NCBI GenBank assembly: GCA_951406725.2
Contig: OX597826.1
Coordinates: 65,286,001 to 65,350,000 of the forward strand
Source of the DNA: Octopus vulgaris
Taxonomy: Eukaryota
DNA length: 64,000 nucleotides
Direction of reading: 5' to 3'
Under the pieces are notes generated by a model. The model was not told the DNA's origin. It made no database searches and saw nothing but the letters and a program-made list of their open reading frames with translations. Of the stretch, positions 14,533 through 64,000 are shown one piece after another. A program made the translations under genes and the position numbers. Each line of letters begins with the position of its first letter. Positions within the stretch are counted from its first letter, which is position 1.

Positions 14533-14789
14533 GAGATGACAAAATAAATGATAATCTTATGAACTTTGTTAGCTTATAGCTATTTCTGCTATAAGACCCA
14601 GAGGAGTCATAGCTGGGTGCCTAAGTGACACCTTATAGCTTCATCGGAGCCTCAAATATGAAGTGCTATTTATTCCTTTGTCATCTCATTTTCCTATTAC
14701 CACTCTGTACTTGACTAAGACGTCGTTCTGAAGCATATGTATATTGAGTTCTACACCTGGTTTATTAGTATCGCAATGTCTAAGTGAAA

Positions 14790-14791
14790 TA

Positions 14792-14832
<41 letters not shown>

Positions 14833-14877
14833 ATATATATATGTGTGTGTGTATATATATATGTGTGTGTGTATATA

Positions 14878-14962
<85 letters not shown>

Positions 14963-15023
14963 ATATATATTTATATATATATATACAGACATACATATGT
15001 ATACACATACATATATACACGTG

Positions 15024-15060
<37 letters not shown>

Positions 15061-15080
15061 GCACGTGTGTGTGTGTGTAT
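14790..15080. repeat. (TA)n/(TG)n compound microsatellite
   Basis: Direct reading. Confidence 0.95.
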
Positions 15081-15581
15081 AATTTTGCCATGAAAGTTAC
15101 ATTTCAGATGAGGCATGCATCTTCAAGCAAAATAAATGATTCTTCCTGAGGCAGTAGTGAAGTATAGCAAGTGAGAATGTTCAGTTGAGAACGCAGTGCA
15201 ATGATTCTGGCAATGGGATATAAAAATCACAGCTTGGAATCCATTGGGTGATTGTGCTTCATATATAACTATAACAAGAACAACAACAATTTACACAAAC
15301 TTTTTGAAGAAATTTTCTCATGTGACAATTCTTAAACAATAAAAGAAAAGAAAACATATAGTCTGTCACAATATATATAACATTATATAATCCTTATTAA
15401 AGCACATTAAATTCAAAAGATTTATTTTGTCTGAGTTTTCTTTCGTTATCCATTTTTGTTACAATCTTTCTGTTGAAATACACTGTTTTGTTTCAATTAG
15501 TTTTGAAAATAATAAAGAACTTAGGAAACTATTTACATTATTTACATTCGACAGATATTTGTCTTCATCTTGTTTGTTGTT

Positions 15582-15627
15582 AACACAACGTTTCAGCTGA
15601 TATACCCTCCAGCCTTCTTCAGGTGTC
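15582..15627 (-). ncRNA. Minimal hammerhead motif, same family as 49308
   Basis: Minus strand gacac-CTGAAGA-a-ggctg..cagct-GAAAC-GTT-gtgtt. Confidence 0.55.
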
Positions 15628-15674
15628 TTGGGGAAATTTCAAACCTGGGTTCTCATTCCTAAGGCATTTTTTGA

Positions 15675-15708
<34 letters not shown>

Positions 15709-15749
15709 GTTAGTGTTCTGGTCACTGCTTGGAATTGAACTCTGAAATT

Positions 15750-17652
15750 GAATGGGAAACTTTTCATTGGTAATAACACTTTGGACCTGCTCTTTACCAC
15801 CACTCCTAGAACTGTTATCAGTGTTGTGACAAAGAAACCTCTAACTGACTCCAATCATGCTATGATCATTGCTAGTCTGTCTCTTGTAGGCAGAAACAAG
15901 AAGCACCGCCACCTTCAAACCATTCGCTTTGACTGGAACTGTTACTGTAAGGAGTTACGACACTTAAACTGGTTTGAATTTTACAATCCAGGGTATATCA
16001 ATACTGTTTTTCAAAATATCCTCAGTGCAATCTGGACTGCATGTGAAGCATCACTACTGTACAAATGCTCTAGAAATAAAAACAATGTAATTTGGGAGAC
16101 TTGCCAGGGAAGATCGTTGTGATGCTGAACAGAAATACAGACAGCATAGAACAGATGAGAGCAGAAGAAGATGCAACAGATCATCTAACCAACTCAAGCA
16201 AGCAACGAAAAAGGCAGTGCTTGAGTTTGAACGATGTATAGCAACAAGCAACTAGCCCTAACAGCAAAGTGTTCTGAAAATATGTGCGTTCAAAACAGAG
16301 TTCTCACTCCCTAACTGGCCCTCTTCACAATCCCCACACAGGTCAGATGACTGATGACACCAAGGAATGCACTGAGCTTATTGCTGAATGCCATGCTGGC
16401 ATTTTTACTGCTGATAACCCCAATGTATCTTCTTCACCAACTCTGACATCAAATTCCATAACATCTCTGAAATTCACACCCACATTGCTGTGACACCATC
16501 TCAAGAATAAGTGCAACTATGCCTCTCCTGGTCTTGATGGTGTAACTTATTTTCTTCTCAAATGTGGTGAGTTCTTTCTATTGCACCAGCTTTCTTCCTT
16601 TTGTCAATTCTGCCTTAACAACTGTGTCACTTCAGAGCACTGGAAAATTGCCAGTGTTATTCCCCTGTTCAAAACAGGTGATTGCACATCACCTGTCAAC
16701 TACTGTCCAGTCAGCCTTACTAGCTGCATTGCCAAACTGATGGAGTCCTGTGTTAGGGAAACACTCTGGAACTTTTGGTGCTCTCACAGCCTTATTTAGC
16801 CCTCACAATTTGGTTTTATCCCCAACTCCAGCTGCTGTAGTCAAGTTTCTTGAGGACATCACCTGAGTTATTGATGGCAGCTCATGGGTGGATACTGTCT
16901 ACCCTGATTTTGCTAAAGCCTTCAACTGTGTACCACACAAACAACTCATGGTAAAACTCCCTGCAGTGAATGTGAAGGATGATCTCTATAACTGGCTGAA
17001 GTCTTTCATTCTCAGCCGGAAAGATGTAGTTACAGTTCTAGGACATCGTTCTTCACCCTACGAGATTACTTCTGGTGTACCACAGGGATCTGTTCTTGGA
17101 CCCTTACTGTTGGTTGCATATATTAATGATATAGATGCCAATTTGAGGAATGTTTCAGTGCTGAAATATGCAGATGACACCAAGCTGTACCTTTAAATAA
17201 AAAGAACAGATCCTATCCTGCAATCAGACCTGGATACAAATCACCAGTGGACCTCTGACTGGCAACTCAAGCTAGCTGTAGACAAGTGTGTCACCATGCA
17301 TTTTGGGAGGAAAAGTCCAGCCTTTACATACTCCCTCAGCAACACCAATCTCAAGAAGTCTTCTAGTAGACATGATTTGGGTATTATTGTAAACAACAAT
17401 CTGCATTGGATAAACCACATATCTAAGATTGTCAAAAAGGCTGAGGTTGTTCTAACCTTTGTCAGCCACTCTCCAGCTATCTATTTAAAATTGTATACAA
17501 CAATGGTATGTCCACACTTGGAATTTGCATCACCAGTCTGGAACCCCTCTCTTGTTCAGCATATAAATCTGGAAACTGTTTAGAAATGTGCAACAAAGTG
17601 AATACCCTCCTTCAGACATCTACCATACTCTGAACGTCTTGCATTCCTGATG
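15750..17652 (+). mobile_element. Decayed CR1-clade LINE ORF2 (endonuclease tail plus reverse transcriptase)
   Basis: TLDLLFT...SNH; WKIASVIPLFKTGD...NYCPVSLTS; DFAKAFNCVPH; SGVPQGSVLGPLL; YADDTKLY; multiple stops and frameshifts. Confidence 0.9.
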
Positions 17653-17664
17653 AATAGGGTCTTG

Positions 17665-17945
17665 TTTCATCAATGGTTGCTGTGTGTGACTGGCTTTGAA
17701 CTGGTTGGTCACCCTCCCTATGTTTGTGATTTGGTTGCTTCTGGTTATCATCTGTTTCCCAGCATAGAAAACACTCAGCTGAGCACCAGTATCACTATGA
17801 TGAGAACATCTTATCTGTTGTTGATGACCATTTTGATCAACAGAAAAGCTTCTTCACCAGTGCGATCCAAGCACTGCAACTACTTATGGAAGTGTGTGGA
17901 CAGTAAGAGGAACTATGTTAGGAAATGAACTTCATTTGGTCACAT
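17665..17945 (+). mobile_element. Mariner transposase C-terminal remnant
   Basis: GFELVGHPPYVCDLVASGYHLFP...WKCVDSKRNYVRK, a degenerate HPPYSPDLAPSDY...WxKCVxxxGxYVEK. Confidence 0.75.
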
Positions 17946-18244
17946 TCCATTGAGAGTGTCTTGCTCAGATTATGAACAATTCAGCCGACCCTCAAAATAA
18001 TAAAAATTATTATTATACCTGCATTTGTTTTAATGTTCACATTGGAAAAATCTACAGTTTTCATAAAAAAATTAGGACCTGGGTTTTCACCCCCTTAGCA
18101 AATTTTGTTGCTGGGCCACTGCCAGCCGTAGAAAGCTATGTCAAATCAGACTGGAACCTGGTGCAGCCCTCCAGCATGCCAGCCCAGTCAAACCGTCCAA
18201 CTCATGCCAGCATGGATAACAGACGTTAAATGATGATGATGATG

Positions 18245-18275
<31 letters not shown>

Positions 18276-18443
18276 GGGCGTCTTTCAGTTTCTATCGACC
18301 AAATCCATTCACAAGGCTTTGGTCAGCCTGAAGCTATAGTAGAAGATACTTGCCCAAGGTGTCACGCTGTGGGACTGGACCTGGAACCATGTAATTGGGA
18401 AGCAAACTTCTTACCACAGAGCCACGCCTGCGCTTATATATAT

Positions 18444-18563
18444 ATATCACGTTGAAAGCACCGGTTCTCGTCCGATCACCGAAGTTTAGCAACATCGAGC
18501 CTAGTTAGTACTTAGATGGGTGACCGCTTGGGAAACCTTGGTGCTGTAAGCATTCCTTTTTTT
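18444..18563 (+). rRNA. Dispersed 5S rRNA copy, missing about 10 nt at the 5' end (probable pseudogene), followed by a T7 Pol III terminator
   Basis: atatcacgttgaaagcaccggttctcgtccgatcaccgaagtttagcaacatcgagcctagttagtacttagatgggtgaccgcttgggaaaccttggtgctgtaagca matches the molluscan 5S pattern with box A and box C. Confidence 0.9.
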
Positions 18564-18564
18564 A

Positions 18565-18930
18565 TAGGCGCAGGAGTGGCTGTGTGGTAAGTAGCTTGTT
18601 TACCAACCACATGGTTCCGGGTTCAGTCCCACTGTGAGTGGATTTGGTAGACGGAAACTGAAAGAAGCTCGTCGTATATATGTATATATATATATATGCG
18701 TGTTTGTGTTTGTGTGTGTGTGTTTGTCCCCCTAGCATTGCTTGACAACCGATGCTCGTGTGTTTATGTCCCCGTTACTTAGCGGTTCGGCAAAAGAGAC
18801 CGATAGAATAAGTACTGGGCTTTCAAAAATAATAAGTCCCGGGGTCGAGTTGCTCGATTAAAGGCGGTGCTCCAGCATGGCCGCAGTCAAATGACTAAAA
18901 CAAGTAAAAGAGTAAAAGAGAGTAAGAGTA
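18565..18930 (+). mobile_element. tRNA-derived (CORE-like) composite SINE with an internal deletion
   Basis: taggcgcaggagtggctgtgtggtaag...gggttcagtccc head, internal microsatellite, tail ending gaaacaagtaaaagag-like; lacks the ggcaccttgggcaag segment present in the 22298 copy. Confidence 0.8.
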
Positions 18931-18941
18931 TATATATATAT

Positions 18942-19021
<80 letters not shown>

Positions 19022-19559
19022 GTAATCGTCAGTAAATCATAAATCCGAAAGAGAAGCACATTCTAAATCATAGAATAGAGTAATTCGGTAACGATAGTTA
19101 TGGCCGGTCTATGGGGTTACCCAGGGTTTCGCGTCCATAAAGGGCTTACAGCATTTCTTTAGACCTCATTCGCCGGTGGCCTATAACCTCTCTCAAATTA
19201 TATATAAAAGGTTTCCGCTCAATTTTCGTCTATCAAATCCACTTACAAAGCATTGACCCGGCCCACGGCCATAGCAGAAAAACACTTGCTCAAGGTGCCG
19301 TACATTGAAACTGAACTCGAAAATACGTGGTTGCGAATGGAACTTCTTAACTATATAGCCATGCTTGCGCCTGGTTCGTCTGTATTTTAAGTCTCTCCAA
19401 ATCTCGCTATTGCCTACGTAATTCCTATTTCCCCACTTTCTTTCCTCCTATAAACAGTTTCTATGAATCATTGGTTTCAAAAATTCGATATTCGATTTAT
19501 CATTCTTTAATTAATTAGCGGTGAGTAATGATTTCAGGGATATTTAGCTGCTATTTGTA

Positions 19560-19860
19560 GCAGGTCGAGCGACCACGTAGGATATTTCCTTGTTGACTCA
19601 TAAGCAAGCTTTTACTAAATAAACGAATAAAGGGTTTCGATCCTCGCTCGTATTTATACGCACGCGTGCATATTTGTCCCATAGCAACCGTAGTCAGAGG
19701 CAACAGCAACAATAACATTGAACGCATGTGTTTTTTTGCTAATCTACAGAGTGGGTCAATCCCAAAGTACTGCATAATTACCGTAACATCAGACGGATAA
19801 AACAGCGTTGTCTTGCAGTAGCCTCATAAATTACAACATTACATAAAGTAAGAATAATAT
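19560..19860 (+). promoter_or_regulatory. Putative ARMC3 promoter and non-coding first exon
   Basis: Locally CpG-rich unique sequence with an X-box-like tgtcccatagcaac (19675-19688) and a donor-like aa|gtaaga at 19847/48. Coding exon 1 has a splice acceptor 1 nt before the ATG, which implies an upstream UTR exon. Confidence 0.4.
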
Positions 19861-20059
19861 CATTAGTTTTATTTCGATTTTTTTCCGTTTATTTTTGCTT
19901 CTCACGACAGGTTTCCTTTCAACTCAGGGTTGAAAACAAAACCAGTGAACTCGTTAACGTCAGGAACACTCTATCGTCTTTCTATCTGCGCATCCTCTCT
20001 GTCTATATGTATATGCGTTTGTGTGAGAATTTGCTTGTACATTCGGACATGTGCCTGAT

Positions 20060-20231
20060 ACACACATACATACATACATACATACATACATACATACATA
20101 CATACATACATACATACATACATACATACATACATACATACATACATACATACATACATACATACATACACACATACACACATACACACACACATACATA
20201 CATACATACATACATACATACATACATACAT

Positions 20232-20264
<33 letters not shown>

Positions 20265-20338
20265 TACATACATACACACATACATACATACATACATACA
20301 TACATACATACATACACACATACATACACGCACGCACG

Positions 20339-20378
<40 letters not shown>

Positions 20379-20410
20379 TACATACATACATACATACATA
20401 CATACATACA

Positions 20411-20440
<30 letters not shown>
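20060..20440. repeat. (TACA)n/(CA)n compound microsatellite
   Basis: Direct reading. Confidence 0.95.
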
Positions 20441-20441
<1 letters not shown>

Positions 20442-20504
20442 GGGTATGGTGAGGTAAACAAAAACAAAATAGAACTCAAAATATGAGTACATGTATATTT
20501 TTTT

Positions 20505-20630
20505 TGGCGGAGGTAAAGAAAACGCACACCACCCGTTTTCGGCGTAGCCCTAAACGTAACCCTAACCCTAAACGTAACCCTAACCCTAAACGCCGAAAAC
20601 TGATGATGTGCGTATTCTTTACCTTCGCCA
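20505..20630. repeat. Inverted repeat (~40-bp arms) around telomere-like TAACCC units; MITE/Helentron-like
   Basis: tggcggaggtaaagaaaacgcacaccacccgttttcggcg vs cgccgaaaactgatgatgtgcgtattctttaccttcgcca; flanked by T runs. Confidence 0.8.
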
Positions 20631-20638
20631 TTTTTGTA

Positions 20639-20793
20639 AATATTTAGCAGAAGCAACAGAGTGACTCAAAGTCTGAGAGTTTCGTGCGTTAGCACTTATC
20701 GGTAATAGTGTCAACGCACTAAATTCTTATTAATAAGTGCCAACGCACGAAACTCTCGGACCTTGAGTCACTCTGTTGCTTCTGCTAAATATT
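20639..20793. mobile_element. Palindromic MITE (61-bp arms, 33-nt loop)
   Basis: 20639-20699 is the reverse complement of 20733-20793 with 3 mismatches. Confidence 0.85.
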
Positions 20794-20802
20794 AATAAGA
20801 AT

Positions 20803-20842
20803 ACACACACACACGCACACACACACACACACACATACACAC

Positions 20843-20882
<40 letters not shown>

Positions 20883-20991
20883 GCACGCACACGCACACAC
20901 ACACACACACACACCACACGCACGCACACACAAACACACACACACACAAACACGCACACACACACAAACACACAAACACACACGCACACAC

Positions 20992-21041
<50 letters not shown>
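20803..21041. repeat. (CA)n microsatellite
   Basis: Direct reading. Confidence 0.95.
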
Positions 21042-21043
<2 letters not shown>

Positions 21044-21254
21044 ATGTATGTATCTGTCAAGCACATACCGAAGCAAATTCTCAAGGCAATGCAATAAATT
21101 TACAGCAAAAGGTATTGTGATTACGAAAGACAATATATAAAAATTATTTTAACAAAGCACATTTACTATTGAGTTCAATCCCACTGGGCGGCACCTTGGG
21201 CAAGTATTTTTTTCTATAGTACTGGACTGACTAATGCCTGTGTGGAAGCCCATC

Positions 21255-21303
<49 letters not shown>

Positions 21304-22297
21304 TTTTCGTTCGTTTCTCAACCCTGCGCCTGGCATCCAATTTTTATTATGTCCTCGTAACTTAACAGTTTGGCAAAAGAAACCAATAGAATATGTTCCA
21401 GATTTAAGAAATAAGTACTGTGTGTGTGTGTATAAGCGTGTTTGAATTTCCTTGTTTTGACATTGAATGACAGTTGTAAATTATTGCCACAGTCATTCAA
21501 GGAGTGTCCTTCATTTCTGATATTCTGAGAAAACATCTGGACATAAGAAATATTACCTTACTCAAAACAGATAAGAGTTGGTGATAAGAAGAGCACCTAG
21601 TCATAAAAAAACAAAAAAAAACAAAAAACAAAAAAAAACAAACTAGCCCAATGAATTACATCTGATACTTTGCAAGCATGGAAAAATGGATATTAAAACA
21701 ATAATGCTAGAACTTTCCTTTCCATCAATTTAGTCTGGAGGAATGGGATAGTATTCATGGCCTTTGTAGGTCTTTCAAGACCAATGAAATCAGCGCAGTT
21801 AATGTTCTTATTGAATAGTTGCAAGCTGGCAGCTGCAGGAAAAACAGAGACTTCAAGAGGGCCCGGCATTCTGGCGAAAAGGATTGGGCATTGGGGTTAG
21901 TGCAGGGCTTGGGAGGGTAGATATAAAATAGCTAACAAGAAGAAAACAGACGAGTGAGTCAGGAGTGCCTGAGTTAAGGTGACACAAGATCAACCAGCTG
22001 TGAGAAGCAGAGGCCATATTAGTAGCAGTAGAAAAAAGATTAAAAAAGAAAAGAAATAAAGACAGAAGCAGAGGAGACAGCATGTCTGTGAGCCAGAGGT
22101 TATTGATGATTAACTGCATGCCAGTCAGCTGGGTGGTTTGTTTTTTGACACCCCCATCTATTAGCTGCATTTCCTCTCATCTGATCATTTTCTTACTTTA
22201 GTGATGAAAAGCTGTAGTTAATCCAGGTGGAATATGAGCCACAGAATACTTTCAAATCTTCCTAGGGTTTTAGCCATCTGTTGGTTCAAAAATGATT

Positions 22298-22720
22298 ATA
22301 AGCACAGAAGTGGCTGTGTGGTAAGTAGCTTGCTTACCAACCACATGGTTCCAGGTTCACTCCCACTGTGTGGCACCTTGGGCAAGTGTCTTCTACTATA
22401 GCCTCGGGGCGACCAAAGCCTTGTGAGTGGATTTGGTTGACGGAAACTGAAAGAAGCCCGTCGTATATATGCATATATATATATGTATGTGTGTGTGTAT
22501 GTTTGTGTGTCTGTGTTTGTCCCCCCAACATCTCTTGACAACCAATGGTGGTGTGTTTATGTCCCTGTAACTTAGCGGTTCGGCAAAAGAGACTGATAGA
22601 ATAAGTACTAGGCTACCAAAGAATAAGTCCTGGGGTCGATTTGCTCGACTAAAGGCGGTGCTCCAGCATGGCCACAGTCAAATGATTGAAACAAGTAAAA
22701 GAGTAAAGAGAGAGAGAGAG
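22298..22720 (+). mobile_element. Full-length composite tRNA/CORE-like SINE
   Basis: A/B-box head, ccttgggcaagtgtcttctac core, microsatellite, same tail as the 18565 copy; many partial copies elsewhere (e.g. 18275-18436 minus, 38480-38640 minus, 6905-7220 minus). Confidence 0.8.
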
Positions 22721-23461
22721 AGTATATCTTTGTAATTAAAATTAAACTTGAAAAAAAGGTTGTTCTTATTTGCGAAATAAAAGTAGTTCTAAATGATTAA
22801 AGATCATATAATTATTGCTGTTGAAGATAAAAGTTATATGTTAATGTGTGACTAAAGTAAAGATTAAAAGAAATTATTATTATTATTTTTAATTTTGGCA
22901 CAAGGCCAGTAGTTTTGAGTGAAGAGGGCAAGTCGATTATACCAATACAGTACCTGAATGGTCCTTGATTTTATTGACCCCCAAAAGGATAAAAGGCAAA
23001 GTTAACCTTGGTGGAATTTGAACTCACAATATGAAGAATTGTGAACCATTGCCATCCTATAAGCAGTATCCTTCATTCCCAATCTTCCATGAGGATTGTC
23101 TGGCCATGGGTTATTATGATCTTGCTCGGAAAATAGTGAGGGTTGGCAATAGGGGAGACATCTGGTTAGAGAAAATTTTCTGTGGTGAATTTTGTCTGAT
23201 CCATGCAAACATGGAAAAGAGGACATCGAGATGATGATGACAATGATAATGATGTTGATGATTTTCTGTGAAATATTTTTAACTGGAATTTATTCACATT
23301 TGCTTCAGTAAATTCCTTGCTCTCTTTGTTTGACATATTATGTTAAATTTCTTGTTTTATTTTGGTTTTTGAAAACTAACTAGATATTTTTTCAGTAACT
23401 CATACTCTCTTCTTTGCTACACATTTTGTTTTTCAGTCAACTTTTTTTATAAACCTTCAGT

Positions 23462-62978
<39,517 letters not shown>

Positions 62979-64000
62979 GTAGGTCAAAAGGTTGGTTGAA
63001 AAATATTTTTCTTTTAATTGTCGATTCTGGAGGCACCTTAAATAATATTTAAGAAAAACTCTGCACTCTACTACACTAGAAATAAAACACTGAAATGAAT
63101 GAGGGTATGTCCACTTGCTAGAAATAACAGACAAAACTCCCCCAAACCATTACCTTCATATCTTAAAAAAAGAATTCATTGGATAATTTATCCTGCGGTA
63201 TAAATATTGCTGGGAAAAATTATAAGAATGGTCATGGCTGGAAGACTTTTGATCATAAGTTTGTTTAATCTGGGTTGGCCTGGAGTTAAATAATCCTTTC
63301 TACTATAGTCATAAGGCCTGAAATTTTTGGAGTGGGGTTAGTTGGTTACATTGCCCCTTGTGTGGAACTGATACTTATTTTATTGATCCCAATGGGATGA
63401 AAGGTAAAGCTAACCTCAGTGAAATTAGAAGAACATAAATCAGAAGAACTGCTGCTATGCATTTTGTCCAACATGCTAACAATTCTTCTAGTTTGCCATC
63501 TTGAACTGGAGCGGAATAACAAGCAACAACACACATTTGTTTCTGTTGCAGTTTAACCCCATGCTAATCCTGACTGAGTAGACTTATGATTACAGACACT
63601 CCAGTTGTGACCACCTGGTCTTTTTTAGATGTGGTATTAGTAGTGTTATGGGCTGTGATAGAGCTATGTGGTGTTGGTGGAGGGGATTGCAGATGAGGTG
63701 GATGGAAGAAGGGCTTGCAGGGGCCGGGGAGACAGGCAGAGTGCATGCGTGGGCAGGAAGCATGTGTGGTCAGTTTGAGCAGAGATGGTGGAGCGACAAG
63801 ACATGTTTAATTCGTGAGAGGTCAACAGGTAAAGCCTTTTGTATTTCTTTCTCCCATTTGCTTCTTTTTCTGTTGTCCTTTTCCTCCATCACACTACATT
63901 AGAGATATAAGATTTCATTGTCCAATGATTCTTTTCTGATTTTGAAGATGGTGAGGTGAGATTTGAAGTAGATTAAGTTGCTTTTTTTTTTCTTTGGTCA

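Noticed and set aside
14744-15149. Overlapping ORFs rich in YIYI/CVCV (also 19960-21133, 44488-44755, 45378-45978)
   Set aside because: Translations of (TA)n, (CA)n and (TACA)n microsatellites, not genes
15100-15270. Possible minus-strand exon (IYEAQSPNGFQAVIF...)
   Set aside because: Stops in all three frames, no recognisable homology and no partner exons found
20548-20592. Interstitial telomere or fusion site
   Set aside because: Only a few interrupted TAACCC units, lying inside an inverted-repeat element

Overview
AT-rich, repeat-dense eukaryotic genomic DNA. The SINE families, 5S sequence and microsatellite load point to a coleoid cephalopod, most likely Octopus (inference). The main feature is a + strand multi-exon gene for armadillo repeat-containing protein 3 (ARMC3/gudu-like; ARM repeats plus a C-terminal EDR1-like domain). 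I traced 20 coding exons by hand from ATG 23462 to 62978. All have GT-AG boundaries and consistent phases (2514 nt, 838 codons); the last exon lies beyond the window. A CpG-rich putative promoter with an RFX X-box-like motif sits at about 19.6-19.9 kb. The rest is mobile DNA: CR1, RTE and R4/Dong LINE fragments, an internally deleted Gypsy element with both LTRs, a solo LTR, mariner remnants, Helitron-like elements, MITEs, several tRNA-SINE families, Penelope-type termini with minimal hammerhead ribozyme motifs, and a dispersed 5S rRNA copy. The most notable oddities are a 3 kb same-orientation array of about 14 SINEs, a 50-bp duplication of an ARMC3 splice acceptor, intronic hammerhead motifs, and twin hairpins with ADAR-favourable A:C mismatches. 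Most ORFs in the supplied track are microsatellite or repeat artefacts. No database searches were run.
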